A stretch of DNA of 64,000 nt from a virus. The position numbers and the translations under genes were made by a program. Within the stretch, counting starts at the first letter, position 1. Every line of letters begins with the position of its first letter. The DNA lies in the IMG/VR virus record IMGVR_UViG_3300026097_000010, positions 64,001 through 128,000 of that record. One strand, 5' to 3'. Below the pieces are notes generated by a model that was not told where the DNA came from, searched no databases, and was given only the letters and a program-made list of their open reading frames with translations. Shown one piece after another: positions 56,729 through 64,000 of this stretch.

Positions 56729-58888
56729 ATGCCGTATATTATTAATTTTACAGACAGCGAAAATAAGACACCGATAACGGTCTTTGATAACACATCAAGT
56801 AACGACACCAGTTTAACTTTTCCTGGAAGAAACGTTACAGGATACGGTCAGATAATTGGAGAAAATTTTCTTGCCCTTTTAGAAAATTTTGCTAATGCTA
56901 GTGAGCCTATCAATCCAGTTGAAGGACAATTATGGTATGATAGCAGCGACGGTGTACAACAATTAAAAATTTGGAACAATACACAGTGGACAGCTGCTTC
57001 GGGTATTCAGCGTGGACCAACTGCACCTGCTGTTGAAGAATCAAAAATTGGCGAATTGTGGGTTGATACAACAAAGCAACAACTTAATATCTTTACAGGA
57101 AATCGGTGGATTTTAGTAGGCCCAACAGAAAGTTCTATTGACGGGTTACGATATGGTCCGTCTGTTGAACAGATATCAGATACCGATGACGATATTCGAG
57201 TTGTACTGATTTTGTATATTGCTGATCAACCGGTAGCAATAGTTAGTAAAGACTCGTTCACTCCCAAAATTACAATTTCAGGATACAGTGATATCAGGGC
57301 CGGAATAAACGTTATAACACCAACAGATGCGGCACAAATAGCATTGTTTGAAGGGGGGCTGATACCGAAATTGGTTGGTACCGCATCAAATGCAGACGCA
57401 CTGAATATAGGCGGCACTGAAGTTCCGGCAAGTTTATTTTTAAGATCAGATACAACTAATACCACAGAATTTGGCTTCAATATAAGGAATAATTTTGGAT
57501 TAACAATAGGTGTCGATGGAAGTCTGAGCATTTCTACATCATCTACTGGTGCTAGAATTTATAATGCAACTCCGGGTGCGTCTTTAGACCTACAATTAAA
57601 CCGAAACAGTGTTCCGAGTACAATTTTAAGAGTAATTGACAATACTGTAGGCATAAACAAATTAGATCCGAATTATGAATTAGATGTTGCTGGCGATATT
57701 GGCCTGTCTGGATCTTTGATTATTGAAGGCACAGCAGAAACAACCAATTTAAATAATGGTAGTTTAAGAACAGCCGGCGGATTAGCTGTGACTAAAAGCG
57801 CCAGAATAGGACAGAATTTGTTTGTGGAAGGTACAACACAAGCAGAAAATATTCTACCAGCAACCGACGAGTTATACGATATAGGATCTTCTACAAGAAG
57901 ATGGAACAGAGTTTTTTCTAAAGATATCATCGCAGACACCATCACAGGAACAATTGTTGGCGATATTCAAGGCAACTCTCAGACAGCAACATCGTTGCGA
58001 AGTGTATCTTCGTTTGAACTAACTGGAGATATTGTATCTCAGAAAGCTACATTTGACGGGTCTCCTAACACACAAATCGAATTCAATACAAGTCTTTCTG
58101 CTTCCTTGATTAGAGAACGACCTGATGCCCAGCCAAATTTGTCAGAACCTAATGATTTAATACTAGTATATAGATCATCTGCAGAAGCCGCAGGAACAGG
58201 AGAATCAGCAGGATTAATTAAACAAACTAGAGATACATTTATAGGTGATTTAGGAATTCCGCTAGGTACTATTTTACCGTATGCCGGAGTAAATCCACCT
58301 GAAGGATTTTTATTGTGTGACGGATCTGAACTAGAAATTAATCAATACATTCAACTATACGGAATATTAGGCGATAGGTACAACGGTAATGCTCCTCTTG
58401 CAGGCGACAACACGTTTAGACTTCCAGATCTAAGAGGTAGATTTGCCCTAGGTAGACATAATATGGATAATAACAGAAATGTTCCGGCAGCTTCGGGATC
58501 AGGAGCACTAGTCAGTGCAGGCGGCGGCGAGCCAAGTCCTGCAAGGGTCGAAGGTGTAGAAGCGTCGACATTATCTGCATCTGCTGGACAAAGTTCGCTA
58601 TCATTAGAATTAACAAATATCCCCCAACATGAGCATAGTTTGAATGTGGATAATGTACAATACTCTGCTGTAAGGGTCGATAATGCTATTCGACCAGCCG
58701 CTCAGACCGGAAACGGCCCGACAGCTCCAGGACAAGCTCAGTATTTAAATCGATCGGGAGGTGTGCTGTCTGGCGCAAGAATACCTCTTGATGCCAGTCA
58801 GTTAGGACAACCTTTTGGTATAATGAATCCGTTTTTAACTTTAAACTACATTATCAGAGCTGGCCAGCCAGAATTTACAAGAGATTAA
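56729..58888 (+). CDS. Short tail fibre/baseplate protein with phage tail-collar domain (719 aa)
   Basis: Shared GYGxxxxENF..LLENFA..P..GQLWYD N-domain; collar motif PLGTILPYAG..PEGFLLCDG...FRLPDLRGRF at ~58250-58450. Confidence 0.8.
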   Translation: MPYIINFTDSENKTPITVFDNTSSNDTSLTFPGRNVTGYGQIIGENFLALLENFANASEPINPVEGQLWYDSSDGVQQLKIWNNTQWTAASGIQRGPTAPAVEESKIGELWVDTTKQQLNIFTGNRWILVGPTESSIDGLRYGPSVEQISDTDDDIRVVLILYIADQPVAIVSKDSFTPKITISGYSDIRAGINVITPTDAAQIALFEGGLIPKLVGTASNADALNIGGTEVPASLFLRSDTTNTTEFGFNIRNNFGLTIGVDGSLSISTSSTGARIYNATPGASLDLQLNRNSVPSTILRVIDNTVGINKLDPNYELDVAGDIGLSGSLIIEGTAETTNLNNGSLRTAGGLAVTKSARIGQNLFVEGTTQAENILPATDELYDIGSSTRRWNRVFSKDIIADTITGTIVGDIQGNSQTATSLRSVSSFELTGDIVSQKATFDGSPNTQIEFNTSLSASLIRERPDAQPNLSEPNDLILVYRSSAEAAGTGESAGLIKQTRDTFIGDLGIPLGTILPYAGVNPPEGFLLCDGSELEINQYIQLYGILGDRYNGNAPLAGDNTFRLPDLRGRFALGRHNMDNNRNVPAASGSGALVSAGGGEPSPARVEGVEASTLSASAGQSSLSLELTNIPQHEHSLNVDNVQYSAVRVDNAIRPAAQTGNGPTAPGQAQYLNRSGGVLSGARIPLDASQLGQPFGIMNPFLTLNYIIRAGQPEFTRD

Positions 58889-58901
58889 GGGTTAGATATA
58901 C

Positions 58902-60830
58902 ATGGCTTATCAAATTAACAAAACAGACGGAACAATAATTGCAACAGTAGCTGATGGGCAACTCGATGATCTCTCAACAGATTTAACTCTTATTGGAAAA
59001 AATTATAGCGGTTACGGAGAAGCTTTCAACGAAAATTTTGTAAAAATCTTAGAAAATTTTGCTGATGTTTCTCAACCAAGTAATCCTATAAAAGGACAAG
59101 TTTGGTTCGACTCGTCAGAATCAAAATTAAAAGTTTATAATGGAACAACATTTGTTCCAGTTAGCTCTGCTACTGTAAGCAACACACAACCAGATACATT
59201 AGCCATTGGAGATCTGTGGTTTAATAATGTTGATAAACAATTGTATTTTTTCGACGGTAGCAATGCAATTCTTTTAGGGCCGGATTATTCTGAATCTCAA
59301 TTGTTAAGCGGGTTAAGAGTAGAAAATATTCTCGATAATCTAAACCAAACTCGAGTAATAACAAAACTATTTACTAACGGTATTTTGTTAGGAATATTTT
59401 CTAAAGATACATTTACACCCAAAGATCCTATTGTAGGATTTGCAGGAAGTATTCAGCCGGGATTTAATGCCAGTACTTTGGCAGGAATAAAATTTAATGT
59501 AACCGCTACAAATTCTGAATCTCTAGGCGGAGCAGATGCAGGACTGTACGTGAGAAATGATTCGTCTAATAACATCAACGGACAATTGTCATTACGAAAT
59601 GATCTAGGACTTGTAGTAGGCTCGAGTGGTACCGCATCGTTCCGTGTGGAAAATAGAGATCTTGTTATTAGAAATTCTGCAGATAATAGACAATTTATTA
59701 TAGACGTAAGAAGAGATACTAGAGGAGAAGACGCTGTAGTAATTGATGCGGCTGATAGAAGCATTGGGCTGTACGAAGAATTTAGCGATAGTCAAGTTAA
59801 TATAGGTGGCGATCTAACTATAAACGGTGACATTACTATTAAAGGTAATTTTACCATTAATGACGGCGATGTCACCCAGGTCAAGACATCTGAACTAGTT
59901 ATTGAAGATAAAGTTGTTATTCTAGGACAAACAGGCGATAGTTCATTAAACACAGATGAAAATGCAGATGGTGGCGGAATTGTATTAAAAGGATCTAATG
60001 ATCATATAATTTTATGGAGTGACGCTGGACAGGCGGCTACAGGATCATATCCTGCGTTACTAAGCAATTCGTGGACTTTTTCAGATCATATAAATCTTGC
60101 TACTAACAAATATTTTGCGATTGACGGAATTCCTATAATCGAACAAACTAATAGTACTCCAGGTTCTCAAACTTTTAAATTAACTTCGGCGGTTACATCA
60201 GTCGAAGGTGTTAGCTCTTTTGGTAAACAAACTGTAATTACAGTAGGTCCGGGAGCTGTATCAGCCGATCCGCTTTTAAGACTAGAAGATGCTAAAATAT
60301 CTACCGAGCAAAATCAAGATTTAACAATTTCTCCCGACTCTGGACAGAATATTGTTCTAGAAAACTCCCCTAGAATACAAGGCCTAGCAGATCCTAGAAG
60401 CGGTTCGTCTGGAGAGCAAGATGCAGCCACAAGAGAATATGTAGATAGTGAAATTGAATCTAGACCGATCCTTTTAAGTATTGATCTTTCAGACGGTAAA
60501 CCGAATAGCTACATTATTAGCAATATATTAGACAACATGGCTCCTGTTTCTGAATACAGATCAGGAACTGTTGCAAGAATTTTGTGTAATATTTTGAATA
60601 ATTCAGCATCGTCTTTAGATTTTGATCCGTTATTGGCAGCCGGAACTTCGAAATCAACATTCAACACGCCAACAGGAACCGCGCCGGCTGTTACAGATGT
60701 ACTTCCGGGTATTATTAATTTTCCTGCGGCAGGGCATTCAACGACCAGAATCATAAAAACATTTCAAATTACCGGACCAGAGAGTGCTAAAAATTGGAGC
60801 TTTGTTAATGACACAATTTTGGCACCATAA
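58902..60830 (+). CDS. Tail fibre-like protein (642 aa), paralog family
   Basis: LIGKNYSGYGEAFNENFVKILENFA N-domain; DAATREYVD fibre motif. Confidence 0.75.
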   Translation: MAYQINKTDGTIIATVADGQLDDLSTDLTLIGKNYSGYGEAFNENFVKILENFADVSQPSNPIKGQVWFDSSESKLKVYNGTTFVPVSSATVSNTQPDTLAIGDLWFNNVDKQLYFFDGSNAILLGPDYSESQLLSGLRVENILDNLNQTRVITKLFTNGILLGIFSKDTFTPKDPIVGFAGSIQPGFNASTLAGIKFNVTATNSESLGGADAGLYVRNDSSNNINGQLSLRNDLGLVVGSSGTASFRVENRDLVIRNSADNRQFIIDVRRDTRGEDAVVIDAADRSIGLYEEFSDSQVNIGGDLTINGDITIKGNFTINDGDVTQVKTSELVIEDKVVILGQTGDSSLNTDENADGGGIVLKGSNDHIILWSDAGQAATGSYPALLSNSWTFSDHINLATNKYFAIDGIPIIEQTNSTPGSQTFKLTSAVTSVEGVSSFGKQTVITVGPGAVSADPLLRLEDAKISTEQNQDLTISPDSGQNIVLENSPRIQGLADPRSGSSGEQDAATREYVDSEIESRPILLSIDLSDGKPNSYIISNILDNMAPVSEYRSGTVARILCNILNNSASSLDFDPLLAAGTSKSTFNTPTGTAPAVTDVLPGIINFPAAGHSTTRIIKTFQITGPESAKNWSFVNDTILAP

Positions 60831-60851
60831 TAGACAATCAGGAGCGAATAG

Positions 60852-63233
60852 ATGTCCTACTTAATTAATAAATTCAACGGAGACGAACTAGTCATCTTAG
60901 AAGATGGAACAGTTAATGTATCCACTAGTTTAGGATTGGTCGGTAGAAACTACGTCGGATACGGAGAAATACAAAATGAAAATTTTGTATTTCTATTGGA
61001 AAATTTTGCAAATGCCGAAGCTCCAAGCAGGCCCATTACCGGACAATTATGGTATGACACTGATATAGAAACTCTTAAAATATATAACGGTAACGCCTGG
61101 GGAATTGTAGGATCTGCTCAACTTAGCGACACAGCACCTGAGGATAAAAGAGAAGGCAGTTTATGGATTGACACTGTTAATAATATATTATACGTATGGT
61201 CCGGTGCAGAATGGATTTTTATAGGGCCAGAATCTGCTCCGGGATTTGGGGTTACTAGAGCCAGGTCGGCCACAGTAATTGACAACACCGAGTTAGGCCA
61301 TCCAGTTATCTTGTTAACCATTAATGATACTGTAATCGGTATAATTGCTAACGATTCATTTAGATTATCGGGCGATCCGGGCGATTCTTTTAATGGATTT
61401 TTAGATATTGAGCCGGGTATAAATTTATCAAATACTGTAACTGTAAACGGTGACTTAAAAGGTACAGCATCTAGAGCAACGGTTTTAGAAACCAGAAGAA
61501 CAATAAATGGAATTGGATTCGACGGCTCTCAAAATATAACAATTACCGCAAATACAACCAATCATTTAGTTTCGGGACCGTATATATCCGGTTCGGATTT
61601 TAACGGGTCTACTCAAGTAACCTGGGAAGTAGACGCTAGTCCAGAAAATCGAGCAGGTAAAATAGTAGCAAGAAATGCAAACGGTGACTTCAGTGCAAAT
61701 ATTATTACATCTGATGTCGTAGGAAATCTAACAGGAAACGTAAATTCTACAGGAACAAGCAATTTTAATATTGTAACAGCTAGCGAATTTAGAGGTGCAG
61801 TACTAACTGGAAATGCGTTTACAGCAACTAAATTAAATAACTCTAGAGAAATTAACGGAGTAGAGTTTGACGGAAGTCAAAACATCACTGTTCCTGTAAG
61901 CGGTAGAGATGTTACAGGAGACACTCTTGCGTCTGCTGTTAAATTTTCGTCTTTGCAATCTGTTGGTGTACTACAAAGTTTAGATGTAGACAACACAGGA
62001 ATAGAAATTGGATCCGGAAAAGAATTAAAATTATCGGTCGATAGCGGTGCTCCTGTAATCGAAAGTAGTCAAGCAAGCCTAACGTTAGAAATAGATCAAG
62101 GATCTAGTAGAGTTCAATTTTTGTCTTCCAGTGTTATAGATGGTTCAGACAATCCTACAATATCGGCACAGAACTGGAATATTGGATCTCCAGCAGAAAC
62201 ATTAGATAACATATACGCAGATAATTTTATAGGTAGATTAGTAGGTAATTCTGATACAGCTACACTTGCTACTACAGCTACAAATATTCAAGGCGGCGGC
62301 CTAGGTGCTATTCCGTATCAAACCGCATCAGGAACTACTAGTTTTGTTGCTCCTCTTGCTAATAAAATTTTAAGATCAAACGGCTCAGGAGTGCCATCTT
62401 GGGGAGAAGCTACCTTTGCAGATCTTATCCCTGGAGATTATATAAACGGATCGACATATACAGGTCTTTCGGAAGAAACATGGAGTATAAATGCTACCGA
62501 TGCTAATACTTCTTCTGCAATTGTAGCAAGAGACACAAATGGTAATTTTAGTGCAGGAACAATCACGGCAGACTTATCAGGTACCGCATCTCAAGCAACT
62601 TCTGTGTATATTGAGGAAACCGGAACCGGCGGCGGGCTATTCACTAGCGGTGATCCTAACGAGGATTTTAACGTTGTATTCCAAGGAGAGTCCAGTGCCG
62701 GTGATAGATTTACTAATTTGCAAGTTGACAACGGTGGCCTCCAATTTAATCCTTTTACTAACACCATTTCAGGAACAAACTTAACTTTAGATGGTAGAGC
62801 AACAGATAATGTAGAAAAAGCCGGCGATACAATGACAGGTTCATTAACATTGAATGCCGATCCAACTGCAAACTTGCATGCCGCTACAAAACAATATGTT
62901 GATTCGGTAGTACAGACTGAAATTACAGCATTAGGAGCAGGGTTAGTAAGAGCATTTGTAAAATTTGATGGTAGTGATCTTAACATTGCAAACACGTTAA
63001 ATGTATCTGCTGTACAAAGAATTTCAGCAGGTAGGTATCGTCTAACATTTATTCCAGGAACATTTGAAAACGCCGATTATGTTATGAGCGGTATGGCAAG
63101 TGATACCGATCATTTTGTGGCGTTTAGGAATTCTTCAGTAGATAGCGTTGATATTTTTACGGTTGACAACGGTTCGGGAAATAATACTCCTAGCAATACC
63201 AGCGGAGCCGTAATGGTAACGTTCTTTACATAA
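60852..63233 (+). CDS. Tail fibre-like protein (793 aa), paralog family
   Basis: LVGRNYVGYGEIQNENFVFLLENFA; RTINGIGFDGSQNIT repeats; HAATKQYVD; C-terminal VRAFVKFDG..GRYRLTF domain. Confidence 0.75.
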   Translation: MSYLINKFNGDELVILEDGTVNVSTSLGLVGRNYVGYGEIQNENFVFLLENFANAEAPSRPITGQLWYDTDIETLKIYNGNAWGIVGSAQLSDTAPEDKREGSLWIDTVNNILYVWSGAEWIFIGPESAPGFGVTRARSATVIDNTELGHPVILLTINDTVIGIIANDSFRLSGDPGDSFNGFLDIEPGINLSNTVTVNGDLKGTASRATVLETRRTINGIGFDGSQNITITANTTNHLVSGPYISGSDFNGSTQVTWEVDASPENRAGKIVARNANGDFSANIITSDVVGNLTGNVNSTGTSNFNIVTASEFRGAVLTGNAFTATKLNNSREINGVEFDGSQNITVPVSGRDVTGDTLASAVKFSSLQSVGVLQSLDVDNTGIEIGSGKELKLSVDSGAPVIESSQASLTLEIDQGSSRVQFLSSSVIDGSDNPTISAQNWNIGSPAETLDNIYADNFIGRLVGNSDTATLATTATNIQGGGLGAIPYQTASGTTSFVAPLANKILRSNGSGVPSWGEATFADLIPGDYINGSTYTGLSEETWSINATDANTSSAIVARDTNGNFSAGTITADLSGTASQATSVYIEETGTGGGLFTSGDPNEDFNVVFQGESSAGDRFTNLQVDNGGLQFNPFTNTISGTNLTLDGRATDNVEKAGDTMTGSLTLNADPTANLHAATKQYVDSVVQTEITALGAGLVRAFVKFDGSDLNIANTLNVSAVQRISAGRYRLTFIPGTFENADYVMSGMASDTDHFVAFRNSSVDSVDIFTVDNGSGNNTPSNTSGAVMVTFFT

Positions 63234-63236
63234 ATA
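63230..63236 (+). promoter_or_regulatory. Late promoter ATAAATA overlapping a stop codon
   Basis: AC-ATAAATA upstream of AGGA SD and ATG 63259. Confidence 0.6.
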
Positions 63237-63258
63237 TTAGACAACATAGGAAATAATA

Positions 63259-64000
63259 ATGTCATATCAGGTAGACAAATTTAATGGAACATTTCTAACA
63301 GCGGTTGAAGATGGAACCATCGATACAACCACGGATATTCGACTTGTTGGTAAAAATTATGCTGGTTACGGCGAAGTTCAAAATGAAAATTTTGTTCATA
63401 TGCTTGAACATTTTGCTAATACAACTGCTCCTCCGAGATCAATTACAGGCCAAATTTGGTTCGATTCTACAACTACTGAGAAAAAATTAAAGTATTACGA
63501 CGGTACCAGATGGAAAGTGATAGGCGGCGCACAAGTAAGTTCTTCTGCTCCTGCTGGATTATCGAAAGGTGAATTCTGGTGGGACGATTCGGCTAAACAA
63601 TTATATACCTGGTCCGGAACAGATTTTATTTTGGTAGGTCCAGAAACCAGCCCCGAGCTTGGCGCAACTGGCTTAACAGCTCGAACAGTAAAAGATGACC
63701 AAGAAAACGATAAAACAATTTTACAATTAACCGCTAATGATATTCCAGTAGCTATTATTAGTTCTGAAGAATTTAATCTTAATAAAACATCAGGACTATA
63801 TGAAGATTTAACAGCATTTAATTTAATCGGTAAAGGCATAACAATTGCAGGTGCTACTACCGGTATTTCAGACGCCAATAACTACAAGTACAGAGGCACA
63901 GCTACAAACTCTGATCGACTCGGCGGATTCGCAGTAGACCAATTTGTGAGAACTGGGTCTATCATATTCGATGAAACTATTTCTTTTGGAAAAACTGGAT
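63259..64000 (+). CDS. Tail fibre-like protein, paralog family; runs off the window end
   Basis: Absent from the ORF track. Manual translation gives MSYQVDKFNGTFLTAVEDGTIDTTTDIRLVGKNYAGYGEVQNENFVHMLEHFANTTAPPRSITGQIWFDS, open to 64000. Confidence 0.85.
   Translation, partial: MSYQVDKFNGTFLTAVEDGTIDTTTDIRLVGKNYAGYGEVQNENFVHMLEHFANTTAPPRSITGQIWFDSTTTEKKLKYYDGTRWKVIGGAQVSSSAPAGLSKGEFWWDDSAKQLYTWSGTDFILVGPETSPELGATGLTARTVKDDQENDKTILQLTANDIPVAIISSEEFNLNKTSGLYEDLTAFNLIGKGITIAGATTGISDANNYKYRGTATNSDRLGGFAVDQFVRTGSIIFDETISFGKTG

Noticed and set aside
271-63878. Many short antisense or nested ORFs (e.g. 3798..4217, 18231..18599, 32701..33114, 39028..39516, 63495..63878)
   Set aside because: They are shadows of long, well-supported genes on the opposite strand or frame, with no independent SD or motifs.
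1-64000. Stop-codon reassignment, tRNA genes, diversity-generating retroelement or transposase
   Set aside because: Conserved genes are full length in the standard code and end in TAA, TAG or TGA; no cloverleaf, reverse transcriptase, template/variable repeat pair or transposase was seen.

Overview
This 64-kb AT-rich window comes from a large T4-like (myovirus-type) dsDNA phage and uses the standard genetic code. The left half (minus strand) holds a cluster of paralogous fibre/decoration genes, the head module (gp23 capsid, gp22 scaffold, gp21 protease, acidic core protein, a glycosyltransferase-fold gene, gp20 portal), a tape-measure-like gene, a divergent gp26/gp51-like pair, two probable internal head proteins, a Seg-type GIY-YIG gene, an Hc1-like gene, gp46/gp47 and the late sigma factor gp55. 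The right half (plus strand) is the baseplate and fibre module: tube-initiator-like, gp53, hub, gp5, gp25, gp6, a 4593-aa gp7-like protein and at least four paralogous fibre genes. At least 13 (A)TAAATA late-promoter boxes and one near-consensus sigma70 promoter are visible. The strongest unexplained signal is a ~480-nt non-coding, multi-stem, pseudoknotted RNA-like element directly downstream of the catalytic-domain-only GIY-YIG gene, a candidate nuclease-RNA system. Other notable items are two structured late-mRNA leaders, a probable -1 frameshift joining the gp26- and gp51-like ORFs, leaderless late genes, and a recurrent D-(x)-S-T loop motif in virion proteins alongside a glycosyltransferase-fold gene. 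All family assignments are from motif recognition and synteny by eye; no searches were run.
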